Origin: an uncultured Solirubrobacterales bacterium | GTDB taxonomy: Bacteria; Actinomycetota; Thermoleophilia; Solirubrobacterales; Solirubrobacteraceae | Assembly (NCBI GenBank): GCA_963817865.1 | Contig: CAWFQO010000015.1 | Location: 6,385 to 70,384, forward strand | Direction of reading: 5' to 3' | Length of the DNA stretch: 64,000 nt | Shown here: positions 55,424 to 64,000 of the stretch, in pieces | Layout: each line of letters begins with the position of its first letter | Numbering within the stretch: position 1 is the stretch's first letter | Translations under genes and position numbers: made by a program | The notes under the pieces: model-generated | Databases searched by the model: none | Seen by the model: the letters and a program-made list of their open reading frames with translations, nothing else | Told to the model about the DNA's origin: nothing

Positions 55424-57082
55424 CTACCCCGGCGGGATCTTCAGGTAGGGCAGGGCGAAGGACATGATCTTGCCGAAGGCCGGCGCCGCCACCTGCCCAC
55501 CCGAGTAGCTCCCCCCCTGTGGCTCGTCGACGACGACCGCGACGAGGACCTTCGGGTCGGCGGCCGGGGCGAAGCCGACGAACGAGGCGACGAACCGCGT
55601 GGTCGAGTATCCGCCCGGGATCGCGACGTTCGCCGTCCCCGTCTTCCCCGACAGGTCATAGCCGCGGATCGAGACCTCGCTCGCCGTCCCGCCCGGGGCG
55701 AGGACGCCCTTGAGCATCTGGCGCACCGCCGCGGCCACCCCCGGGTCGATCACCCGATGACCCGCCGGGGTCGGCTCCGCCCGACCGCCGACCGCCGCGA
55801 CGATGTGGGGCGGGCGCAGCACCCCGCCGTCGGCGATCGCCGCGTAGGCGGTCGCGAGCTGGATCGCCGTCACCGCCTCCCCCTGTCCGATCGGGAGGTT
55901 GCCCATCGAGGCGCCCGAGTACTGCGCGAGCCGCGGGACGATCCCCAGCTCCTCGCCCGGGAGGTCGACGCCCGTCGGGGTGCCGAACCCGAACCGGCGC
56001 ACCCATCCGTCGAACCGCGTGGCCCCGAGCCGCTGGCCGATCTCGATCGCCCCGATGTTGCTCGACTGGGCGAGGATCTGCGCCGTGGTCAGGTTGACCG
56101 GTCCGCGCGCCTCGGCGTCGTGGATCGTGCGGTCGTAGAACTGGAGCTGGGGCGGGAGGTAGAAGCTCGTCGACGGCGTCACCAGGCCGTCCTGGAGCGC
56201 CCCGGCGACCGTGACGATCTTGAACGTCGAGCCCGGTTCGTAGGTCAGGCCGACCGCGTGGTTCTGGGTCGCCGAGACCGGTGCCCCGCCGATGTCGTTC
56301 GCGTCGACGCGCGGCCAGTTGGCCATGGCGAGGATCGCGTTGGTCCGCGGGTCCATGACGATCGCCGTCGCCTGCTTCGGCCGGAAGGCGGCCCCGACCT
56401 GGCCGAGCGTCGTCTCCACCTGGTTCTGGACGCCGACGTCCAGCGTCAGCTGGATCGACCGGCCCGGGCGGGCCGCCTTCACGTCCTGGATCGAGATCGG
56501 CGTGCCCAGGGCGTCGTTGACCACGTTGCGCTCCCCGTCGACCCCCCGGAGCGCCCGGTTCTCGGAGTACTCGAGCCCCGAGAGCCCCTTCCCGTCGATG
56601 CCGACCGTCCCGAGCACCTGCGAGGCCAGGGCGTCGTTCGGATAGCTGCGCAGGCTGACCGGCGCCAGGTTGACCCCGGCGAGCTTGAGCGCCGCGACCT
56701 GCCTCGCCCGGGGGTCGGGGACGTGGCGGGCGAGGTACACGAAGCCGGTGTGGCGAAGGACCAGCTTGGCCAGGAGCGCATCGGCGCTCGTCCCCAGGAG
56801 CGGCGCGAGCGCCTGCGCCGCGGCCGCCGGGTCGCGCACCAGGTAGGGCGTCGCCGAGACGTCGTCGGCCGGCTCGGAGACGGCGAGCTCGAGCCCGGTG
56901 CGGTCGTAGATCGTCCCCCGGAGCGCCGGCACCTTCGCGGCGCTGAGCTGCTGGGAGGTCGCCGCCGCCCGTAGCATCCCGGCCTTGACCACCCCGAGAT
57001 AGAGGCTCCGTCCCGCCGCGAGCAGGAGGAGCAGGACGAAGAGCGCGAACAGCCGGCCGATGCGGCGCTCGATCGGGGCCAT
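55424..57082 (-). CDS. ftsI: penicillin-binding protein (FtsI-type transpeptidase)
   Basis: N-terminal TM segment, then RGTIYDR, PGSTFKIVT (SxxK), QSSNIG (SxN) and GKTGTA (KTG). Confidence 0.9.
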   Translation of the reverse strand: MAPIERRIGRLFALFVLLLLLAAGRSLYLGVVKAGMLRAAATSQQLSAAKVPALRGTIYDRTGLELAVSEPADDVSATPYLVRDPAAAAQALAPLLGTSADALLAKLVLRHTGFVYLARHVPDPRARQVAALKLAGVNLAPVSLRSYPNDALASQVLGTVGIDGKGLSGLEYSENRALRGVDGERNVVNDALGTPISIQDVKAARPGRSIQLTLDVGVQNQVETTLGQVGAAFRPKQATAIVMDPRTNAILAMANWPRVDANDIGGAPVSATQNHAVGLTYEPGSTFKIVTVAGALQDGLVTPSTSFYLPPQLQFYDRTIHDAEARGPVNLTTAQILAQSSNIGAIEIGQRLGATRFDGWVRRFGFGTPTGVDLPGEELGIVPRLAQYSGASMGNLPIGQGEAVTAIQLATAYAAIADGGVLRPPHIVAAVGGRAEPTPAGHRVIDPGVAAAVRQMLKGVLAPGGTASEVSIRGYDLSGKTGTANVAIPGGYSTTRFVASFVGFAPAADPKVLVAVVVDEPQGGSYSGGQVAAPAFGKIMSFALPYLKIPPG

Positions 57083-57122
57083 CAGCGAGCCCGGGCCGCG
57101 CGCCCCGCCGCCGGCCTCCCCA

Positions 57123-57953
57123 TCAGCCGCCCCCGCCGGCTAGGGCCCCACCGGTCGCGCTCGGCGGACCGGCGCCGGTCGCGGTCGACGCCGACCCGCC
57201 GCCCGCGTTCGCCGCGGCGGTCGTGCCGCTCGCGTTCGGGGCGCCGGTCGCGCCGCTCGGGATCGGGGCGGACGCGGCCCCGGCGGACGACGTCGAGGGG
57301 GCGCTCGGTGTCGTGGCGCTCGGCGTCGTGGCGGTCTGGACGGCTGTCGTGGTCTGGGTGGCCGGGACGGTCGGGACGGCGGTTCCGGCGGTTCCCTGGG
57401 CGCCGGCCGTCGGGTTCGAGGACGTGCCCGCCGCGGTGGAGGACGAGGTCGAGGTGGTCTGCGCGAGGCCGCCCGGCGGGGTGATCGACGCGGCCGCCCG
57501 GGCGGCGTCGCCCGGGCCGGCGGTCAGGTAGCCGACGTCGCCGGGCGGCGCGTAGACCATCCCCTGCCGGGCCGCTGCCGCCTTCTGGAGGTCGCCGGCC
57601 CGGAGGGTCGAGATCTGGGCCGTCAACAGGGCGTTCGCGCGCTGGAGCGACGCCGCCCGACCGACCGACCGGCCGATGCCGGCATTCAGCTTGAGCAGCG
57701 CGACCTGCATGCCGACGATCCCGATCAGCGCGAAGGCGATGATCCCGATCCACGTCCGGCCGCTGATCAGCCGGTCGAGGAACGGGTGGTCGACCAGCCG
57801 CCGCAGCCGCGGCGCCAGCTGGGCCGCCGCCGGCGGCGGAGGGCTCGGACGCCGGGCTGGTCCGGAGACCCGCCGCGGGGCGATCGGCCGGCGGGCCGGG
57901 GCGCCCGTGCGGGCCGGAGCGGCGGCTCGCGCCGGGGCGCCGGCCGGGGTCAT
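57123..57953 (-). CDS. FtsL-position single-pass membrane protein with long Ser/Thr/Ala/Gly-rich tail
   Basis: One TM segment (WIGIIAFALIGIVGMQVALL) followed by a short coiled region, as in FtsL. It occupies the ftsL slot between rsmH and ftsI. The ATG overlaps the rsmH stop. Confidence 0.55.
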   Translation of the reverse strand: MTPAGAPARAAAPARTGAPARRPIAPRRVSGPARRPSPPPPAAAQLAPRLRRLVDHPFLDRLISGRTWIGIIAFALIGIVGMQVALLKLNAGIGRSVGRAASLQRANALLTAQISTLRAGDLQKAAAARQGMVYAPPGDVGYLTAGPGDAARAAASITPPGGLAQTTSTSSSTAAGTSSNPTAGAQGTAGTAVPTVPATQTTTAVQTATTPSATTPSAPSTSSAGAASAPIPSGATGAPNASGTTAAANAGGGSASTATGAGPPSATGGALAGGGG

Positions 57954-58897
57954 CGCCGACCATCCTCGAACTTGCGGGCCACCCGCAGGCGGGCACTCGC
58001 CGCGCGCGGGTTCGTCGCGACCTCTCCCGGCGACGCGGCGATCGCCCGGCGGTGGAGGAGCTCGCCCTCCGCGACCCGGCCACATCCGCAGACCGGCATC
58101 TGCGGCGGGCAGATGCAGCCCTGGGCCCGGGCGGCGAGGAACCGCTTGACCCGGCGATCCTCGAGCGAATGGAAGGAGATGCCGGCCAGCCGGCCGCCCG
58201 CGCCGAGCAGGCCCCAGGCGAGGGGCAGCGCCTCGTCGAGCTGGCCGAGCTCGTCGTTGACCGCGATCCGCAGCGCCTGGAAGCTCCGCTTGGCCGGGTG
58301 GCCGCCGGCGAACCGGGCCGGGGCGGGGACGGCGGCCTTGATCAGCTCGACGAGCTCGAGCGTCGTCGCGAGCGGCGACCGGCCGCGGGCGGAGACGATC
58401 CGGCGGGCGATCTGGCCGGCGTAGCGCTCCTCGCCGAATTCGCGCAACAGGCTCGCGAGGCGGCGCTCGTCCCACGTGTTGACGATCTCCCGGGCCGTCA
58501 GCTCCTGGCTCGGGTCCATGCGCATGTCAAGCGGCGCGTCGTAGGAGTAGGAGAAGCCGCGCTCCCAGGTGTCGACCTGCATCGAGGACATCCCGAGGTC
58601 GAAGTACGCGTGATCGGCGCGGACGCCCTCCGCGTCGAGGAGCTCCAGCCCCTCGACGAAGCTCGCCCGGATGAACCGCATCGAGCAGGAGACCTCGCGC
58701 GCCAGCGCGTCGAAGCGCTCCTCGGCCCCCGGGTCCCGGTCGATCGCGATCAGCGTCCCCGTCGGGCCGAGCCGATCGGCGACCAGGCGGGCGTGACCGC
58801 CCCCGCCGAAGGTGCAGTCGACCGCCAGCTGACCGGGAGCCGGATCGAGCATCTCGATCAGCTCGCCGGCGAGCACCGGGACGTGGGTGATGGTCAT
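57950..58897 (-). CDS. rsmH: 16S rRNA (cytosine1402-N4)-methyltransferase
   Basis: HVPVLAGE, DCTFGGGGH, DLGMSSMQ, ISFHSLEDR and PGEVATNPRA. The ATG at 58897 lies 1 nt after the mraZ stop. Confidence 0.93.
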   Translation of the reverse strand: MTITHVPVLAGELIEMLDPAPGQLAVDCTFGGGGHARLVADRLGPTGTLIAIDRDPGAEERFDALAREVSCSMRFIRASFVEGLELLDAEGVRADHAYFDLGMSSMQVDTWERGFSYSYDAPLDMRMDPSQELTAREIVNTWDERRLASLLREFGEERYAGQIARRIVSARGRSPLATTLELVELIKAAVPAPARFAGGHPAKRSFQALRIAVNDELGQLDEALPLAWGLLGAGGRLAGISFHSLEDRRVKRFLAARAQGCICPPQMPVCGCGRVAEGELLHRRAIAASPGEVATNPRAASARLRVARKFEDGRR

Positions 58898-58898
58898 G

Positions 58899-59339
58899 TC
58901 AACCAGGATGGCCAAGTTGCGCGGTGATTCGTTGGACGGCGGCGGCCAGGGTTCCGTTGTGCTCGCTCCAGGCCCCTCGATCCCAGACCTCGAGGCACTC
59001 CCCCGCCCCGGTGATCACGACTTCCTTGCCCAGGCCGGTCTGCTCGAGGAGCTTGGCCGGCACCCCGGCCCGCCCAGCGCTGTCGAGCTCGATCTCATGC
59101 GAGTTCGAGTTGTAGAAGCGGTTGATCGTGGCGTACTCGGCCGAGAGCGGATGGAAGCTCGAGAGGATCGTCTCGAGGAAGGCGTCGAACTCGTCGGGGC
59201 GCCAGACCGAGATGCAGCTCCCGCTGTCGTGGCGTAGCGCGAGCACGAGGCCATCGGCGAACGTCGCCCGGAACTTGGCCGGGATCGTGAGCCGGTTCTT
59301 TGCGTCGAGTGTGTAGTCAAAGGTTCCGCGGAAGGCCAT
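58899..59339 (-). CDS. mraZ: transcriptional regulator MraZ
   Basis: MAFRGTFDYTLDAKNRLTIPAKFR and ELDSAGRAGVPAKL are the two DxxxR SpoVT/AbrB-like repeats. Confidence 0.93.
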   Translation of the reverse strand: MAFRGTFDYTLDAKNRLTIPAKFRATFADGLVLALRHDSGSCISVWRPDEFDAFLETILSSFHPLSAEYATINRFYNSNSHEIELDSAGRAGVPAKLLEQTGLGKEVVITGAGECLEVWDRGAWSEHNGTLAAAVQRITAQLGHPG

Positions 59340-59359
59340 CTGCGTGGGTCCAAGGGGAT

Positions 59360-59406
59360 CCGAACCGAGGTGGAGGAGTGGGAGGAGCCCCTCCACCCCG
59401 GTTCGG
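59360..59406 (-). other. long imperfect hairpin in the mraZ 5' leader
   Basis: CCGAACCGAGGTGGAGG (59360..59376) pairs with CCTCCACCCCGGTTCGG (59390..59406). It lies 21-67 nt upstream of the mraZ ATG. Confidence 0.5.
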
Positions 59407-59420
59407 TGGCGCCGAAGCTA

Positions 59421-59465
59421 CCCCACTTTCCTCCACTCCGCAACTCTATTTGCACACTTTCCCCC
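59421..59465 (-). promoter_or_regulatory. candidate MraZ operator (phased GAAAGTG/GGAGTGG boxes)
   Basis: The minus strand reads GGGGGAAAGTGTGCAAATAGAGTTGCGGAGTGGAGGAAAGTGGGG. AGTG cores are spaced about 10-11 nt (or multiples), 82-126 nt upstream of mraZ. Confidence 0.4.
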
Positions 59466-59685
59466 ACGCAGCCGCACCGGAACGCCCCAGATCGCCCCCT
59501 ACGCCCGCCGTTGCAGGTCGTTTGCGCCCGGCGGGCGTCGCCCGGACGGCTCCGCCCGATTGCACGTCCGCCTTCAGCGTCCGCCCCTGGGCGATGACTT
59601 GCAGGCCCGGTCGGCGCGGCGCGCTCCCGGGCGGGCAGGAGCGGACGCGCGCCGGGGCACCCCCCCGGCGCGCCCGCCCCTCGAA

Positions 59686-61693
59686 TCAGCCGACCGGCAC
59701 TCCGGCGAGGCTTGTGAACGCGTCCTGGTCGTTGGCCGGGTTCGCGTTCGCGGCCGGGCCGGTGCAGACCGCCGGCGCGGTGGTCGGCGTGCCGGTCCCC
59801 GGGCAGAGCACGACGTTCGGGTTGCGGGTGTCCGACCAGAACGGATGGGCGACGTCCGGCGCCGCGAGGCCAGCGTAGTCGCCGTAGAACACGCCGCCGA
59901 ACTCGCTCGGCGGCGGCATCGAGGACCCGGTCACCCGCCGGGTGGCGAAGGCCCTCAGGTCGCGCGAGCCCGACAGGCTGATGTCGGACGCTCCGGTCGT
60001 CTCGTCGGCCCCATACTGACGGTCGTAGTAGGAGACGGCGAGCGTGCCCGTCCGGGTGAAGGCGGCCCACTGCCAGAACTGGTCGGTCGTGCCCTGCCCG
60101 GGATCCTGGGTGACGGTGGTCATCGTCCGCGGATCGGCGCTCCCCCCGGTGAAGCTGGCGCCGGCATCGTTGGACACGCTGACCAGGATGTCGTTGTTGC
60201 AAGCGCCGGCCGTCTTGACCCCGGTGTAGACCGGGTTGCCCTGGGCGCTGAAGCCGGCCGGGACGCAGCCGTTGCCCTCGTTGGAGTGCCGGTTGATGTA
60301 GGAGCCGAAGGTGACCACGACCTGGCGGGGGTTGTTCGGGTTGACCGCGCCGGACGGGTAGTTGGTGGCCCGGAAGAACGAATTGCTGGTCGCCCCCTTC
60401 TCGGGCACGCACGACCGGAACGGGTCCTGGCCGGTGTAGGTCGGGCAATCCGGGAGGTCGTAGTAGTCGGAGACCTTCACCGGCGCCGAGAAGGTCTGGC
60501 CGCCGTCGGTCGACTTGGCCAGCAGTACCTGGTAGCGGTTGTCGGGCAGCACCGGGGCCCGGCCGCCGCCCAGTGCCGGCGCCTCGCCGCCGCCGTCAAC
60601 TCGGGTGCGAGGCCTGGTTGTTGTAGCTGTCGTAGGCGACGTAGAGCGCGCCGTCCGGGCCGGTGAACGGCTGCGAGTCCTGGTTCTCGTTGCACGGGCC
60701 ATCCGGGGTCCCGGCGCCGAAGGTGTTGGTGCAGAACGGGCTGGCCGTGCTGACCAGCACCCGCGGGCTGAAATGCTCGCCGTAGTCGGAGGAGTGCGAT
60801 TCCCAGATGTAGGCGCTGCCGTCGGCGGCGAACTCGGTCCAGGTCACGTAGACGCGGTCCTGGAAGGGGCTGCCGACGTGGTTGTCCACCGCGAGGAGCT
60901 GCTTGTCCTCGAATGGCTTCAGGCCGGTCCCGACCAGGTCGGCGCTCTCGGCCACCGGCCGGCCGGGGAAGTTCCATGAGGCGCCGTGGTTCTGCGTCGA
61001 GCGGAAGACGTAGAAGGCGCTCGAGATGTCCGGGTTCGAAGACGGACCCTGCTGCGGCGGGGCGCCCCGGTTGAACACCTGACACGAGAGGTAGGCGTTG
61101 CCCTTGGTGTCCCACGCCACCGATGTGTCGCCGCCGGCCTGCCAGTACTGGCGCGAGACCGCGCCGGTCCCGAAGGTCGGGTCCGACCGGGTGAACGACA
61201 TCGGCACCGTCGTGTCGACCCAGTTCTGGCCGCCGTCGATGCTGTAGGAGGCGCCGCACTGGCCGTCGCCGCGCCGGTAGTCGTTGTAGCTCGCCACCAG
61301 GTGGCTCGTCTGTCTGGGATCGGCGGCGATCGAGGTCTCGTTCTGGGCCTGGGCCCGGCCCTGCAGATCGGAATCGGTGAGGTTCAGGCAGTTCTGGTTG
61401 ACCTTGACGTTGGCGCCCAGGTTCTGCGGGCAGTCGCGCGTGCCGAGGGGGAAGTAGTTCTGGAGGCCGTCTGCCGGTTGCAGCAGACCTGCGGGGGGCA
61501 GCCTGGTCGCGGCGGCGGGCGAGGAGCCGCTGGTGAGCTCACTCGCCGCGAAGCCGGAGATGATCCGGCGCTGGATCTGGTTGAGGTGTCCGTAGTCGAG
61601 TGCCCCGGCGAGCGTGGTCGTACCGACCAGCTCGATGACGCCCAGCGCGACCAGGGCGCTCCCGAGAGCCGCCAGGATGATCCGCCTCTTCAT
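59686..61693 (-). pseudogene. secreted BNR/Asp-box (sialidase-like) protein, frame broken near 60.60 kb
   Basis: ORF 60596..61693 has a signal peptide (MKRRIILAALGSALVALG) and boxes SIDGGQNW, STQNHGASW and SSDYGEHF. ORF 59686..60702 continues in the +1 frame with STDGGQTF and SNDAGASF. Removing one C of the CCC run (GGG at 60603..60605 on the plus strand) joins them. Confidence 0.7.
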
Positions 61694-61767
61694 CTCCCCT
61701 ACCCCTTCTCTGGGCGGACCGCCGATCGACTCGACCGCGTCGCCCTCCGTGGTTCACCGACCGGGTC

Positions 61768-61797
61768 AAGGTATCCGGCCGGGCCAGCGGCTGTCAA
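61768..61797 (-). promoter_or_regulatory. candidate sigma-70-type promoter for the BNR gene
   Basis: The minus strand reads TTGACA-N18-TACCTT (TANNNT -10), about 70 nt upstream of the ATG at 61693. Confidence 0.3.
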
Positions 61798-61892
61798 CGA
61801 CTCGCAAAGGTCGGAGCCCTGAAATAAACCGTGCAGATCGGGGGGGTGGGCAGGAATCGCGCTTATGATGCCGACGCCCCCCGGGGCCCCCT

Positions 61893-62354
61893 ATGGACAC
61901 TGCCCGACGCGGAAACTACAACTCAGGCGAGGACTTCGTGCTCGAGTACGGCGAGCTTCGGTTCACCTTCAACGAGCGCGACTTCCAGGAGCGCTGCGAG
62001 CAGGCGGCCCTCCGGCTCGGCTTCGTCGCCGGACGTCTCGACGAGGCCGAGCGCGAGGATCTCGTCAACCTCGCGGTCAACGGCGAGATCCAGGATCCGA
62101 CCTCGGCGCTCGGTGAGCACGTGAACGACTGCTGGCCCGAGCTCGTCGGGCCCGCCGAGCGCTCGCTCGTCCACTGGCTGCGCCGGCTCGTCTTCCGCGG
62201 CGCCTGGCTCGACCAGCGGGTCAACGAAGGCGAGCTCGAGGTCGCCTTCTGCGACCAGACACACAACTTCGAATACGTCCAGCCCGATCGCGGCCGTGAG
62301 CCGATCGAGCTCGCCCCCGAGCCCTCCTGGGGCCGGGTGGCCTACCGACCGTAA
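61893..62354 (+). CDS. hypothetical protein (153 aa)
   Basis: ORF with coding-like codon usage. No family recognised. Confidence 0.5.
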   Translation: MDTARRGNYNSGEDFVLEYGELRFTFNERDFQERCEQAALRLGFVAGRLDEAEREDLVNLAVNGEIQDPTSALGEHVNDCWPELVGPAERSLVHWLRRLVFRGAWLDQRVNEGELEVAFCDQTHNFEYVQPDRGREPIELAPEPSWGRVAYRP

Positions 62355-62387
62355 GGACCGGCGACCGGCCCGGCGGCCGCGACGGCG

Positions 62388-63689
62388 CTACGCCTTGGCC
62401 CGAGCCTTGGCGATCGCCTGATAGCCCTCGAGGCCGACCAGGAGCTCGGCGCGGAGCGTCCCGCTGGCGATCGGATCGATCGCCGGGAGGTGTCCCCGGG
62501 CGACCCGGCCGGCATCGAAGGCGACCACGGTCGTCTCGCCGCCGTAGGGGCGCTCGGCCGTCCCGATGACGGTCAGCGAGCCGCCGTCGCGGACGTTGCG
62601 GGCGGCGGCCAGGACGCGGCGGGCGACCGGGGCGTGGAGCCCGTCGAGCGTGTCGATCAGGAGCACGGCGTCCCCACCCCGGGCGGCGACCCGGCGGCCG
62701 CGCTCGACCGCCTGCTCGACCGCGCTCGCCTGGGCCTCGGCCGCCGCGGCGAAGGTCAGGCCGCTGACCGTGGCGATCGCCGACTCCTTCCACTCGCTCA
62801 GCTCCTCCGGGCGGATGCCGACGAGGAGGACCTCGAGCTCGAGGTCCTCGATCGCGGCCAGCGCCCCGGCGAGGCGCTTGATCGCCTCGGTCTTGCCCGA
62901 CCGGGGCGCACCGGAGAGGACCACGCGCGAGCCCCGGCCGATCGGCGCATAGAAGCCGATCGCCGCGAGCGTCTGATCCTCGTCCCCGAGCGGGAGCACC
63001 GCGCTCGGGAAGTCGGCGTCGAGGTCCTCGAGGCGGGTGCCCCGGACGGCCTCGTCGGCGGCGACGCCGTTGATCGTCGCCACCCGGATCAGCGACGGAT
63101 GGCGCTCGGAGCGCCGGGCCCGGCGGACGGGGCCGCCGACGCGGTCGCCGGCGACGAGCTCGCAGCGGCGGGCCTGGGCCGCCGAGATGTAGACGTCGTC
63201 GTCGGACGGGTCGGGTGGCGCGACGCGCAGGAAGCCGGAGCCGTTGGCCAGGAGCTCGACGATGCCCTCGACGATGTTCGCGTCCTCGGCGGAGCCGGCC
63301 GACGTGGGCTCCTCCTCGACCGCCGCCGGCTCGGGCGCCCGCGGCTCCTCGGCCTCGCGCCGGGCGCGGCTGGCGCGCCGGGCCCGGGGAGCGCGCGGCG
63401 CCGGCTCGGCGTCCGCCTCGGGCTCCGCCGGCGCCGCCGCCGGCTCGTCGGCCTCCTCGGCGCGGGCCGCGGCGCTGCGGCGTCGGCGCGGCGCGCGGGC
63501 CGGCCGGGCCGGGGCGTCGGCGACGGCCTCCTCAGCGTCGCCCTCGTCGCCGCCCTGGCGCTCGAGGATGGCGTCGGCGAGCTCGGCCTTGCGCAGACGG
63601 CGGAAGCCGTCGATGCCGAGCGTCGAGGCCAGGGCGTGGAGATCGGCAAGTGGACTGGCGTCGAGCGCGGAGCGGGTGAGAACGGGCAT
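62388..63689 (-). CDS. rho: Rho-like transcription termination factor homologue (divergent motor domain)
   Basis: Rho_N (LADLHALASTLGIDGFRRLRKAELADAIL), an Arg/Ala/Glu/Pro-rich insert, an OB/CSD RNA-binding domain (GIVELLANGSGFLRV...DDVYISAAQARRCELVAGDRV), Walker A GAPRSGKT and Walker B VLLIDT. GGAGG lies upstream of the ATG at 63689. Confidence 0.75.
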   Translation of the reverse strand: MPVLTRSALDASPLADLHALASTLGIDGFRRLRKAELADAILERQGGDEGDAEEAVADAPARPARAPRRRRSAAARAEEADEPAAAPAEPEADAEPAPRAPRARRASRARREAEEPRAPEPAAVEEEPTSAGSAEDANIVEGIVELLANGSGFLRVAPPDPSDDDVYISAAQARRCELVAGDRVGGPVRRARRSERHPSLIRVATINGVAADEAVRGTRLEDLDADFPSAVLPLGDEDQTLAAIGFYAPIGRGSRVVLSGAPRSGKTEAIKRLAGALAAIEDLELEVLLVGIRPEELSEWKESAIATVSGLTFAAAAEAQASAVEQAVERGRRVAARGGDAVLLIDTLDGLHAPVARRVLAAARNVRDGGSLTVIGTAERPYGGETTVVAFDAGRVARGHLPAIDPIASGTLRAELLVGLEGYQAIAKARAKA

Positions 63690-63786
63690 CTCTTGGTTCC
63701 TCCTGAACGGGTGGTAGGCGTCCCGCGGCGTTGAGACAGCCGCCGGCAACCGTGGCGCCGAGAGTCGGCGCGCTTGTACACCAAGC

Positions 63787-64000
63787 TTAGAGACCCGGCA
63801 GGACGAGGACCTTCTCACCCCAGAAGCTCGCGAGCGGATTGGCGTTGAAGCTCGGGACCGACCGGTACCCGGCCGTCTCGTAGAGGCGTTGGGCGTGAGG
63901 CTGGGCCGGTCCGGTGTCGAGGCGGGCGACCCGGTAGCCGAGCGCCCGGGCGGAGTCCTCGAGCGCGCCGAGCAGCGCCCCGGCCAGGCCGCGCCCGCGG
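63787..64000 (-). CDS. GNAT family N-acetyltransferase, C-terminal part (continues past window end)
   Basis: Hand translation gives RGRGLAGALLGALEDSARALGYRVARLDTGPAQPHAQRLYETAGYRSVPSF, the acetyl-CoA motif A region (R/Q-x-x-G-x-G/A). Confidence 0.7.
   Translation of the reverse strand, partial: RGRGLAGALLGALEDSARALGYRVARLDTGPAQPHAQRLYETAGYRSVPSFNANPLASFWGEKVLVLPGL

Overview
This is a very GC-rich, gene-dense chromosomal segment with Actinomycetota-type gene order. Most of it is core genome.

Core blocks:
- dnaE 5' end and argG.
- infC-rpmI-rplT-trmH-pheS-pheT-argC-argJ-argB-argD on the minus strand.
- thrS, and pxpABC (5-oxoprolinase).
- malQ/treZ.
- A dcw block, mraZ-rsmH-ftsL-ftsI-murE-murF-mraY.
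- A Rho-like gene.

Most long ORFs in the supplied track are Arg/Pro/Gly-rich antisense or off-frame artefacts of the high GC content. I ignored them. Many adjacent genes overlap by 1-4 nt (ATGA, GTGA, TAGTG), which supports the starts I chose.

The accessory part lies at about 35.4-44.6 kb:
- A divergent tRNA-Cys/tRNA-Val pair is followed by a lower-GC stretch of small hypothetical genes and a vapBC module.
- Next come an ECF sigma factor with a fused zinc-anti-sigma (HxxxCxxC) tail, a very Trp-rich 63-aa protein, and a CBS protein.
- A four-gene minus-strand operon follows: small protein, GAF, signal-peptide-less S8 subtilase, and a 1147-aa protein.
- That 1147-aa protein joins an IDO-like heme dioxygenase domain, a CysJ/CPR-type FAD-NAD(P)H reductase module and a cytochrome b5 domain. 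This self-sufficient IDO cluster is my best candidate for an undescribed system.

Other notable points:
- A Rho homologue lacks the catalytic Glu and the R-loop segment.
- An orphan hydrogenase-maturation protease is coupled to pxpABC.
- The dcw cluster stops at mraY.
- Four reading frames (pheT, infC, a BNR/sialidase-like gene and an island ORF) are each broken by an apparent single-base indel at short G/C runs. This pattern may reflect assembly error rather than biology.

All calls rest on hand translation and motif recognition. No database search was run.
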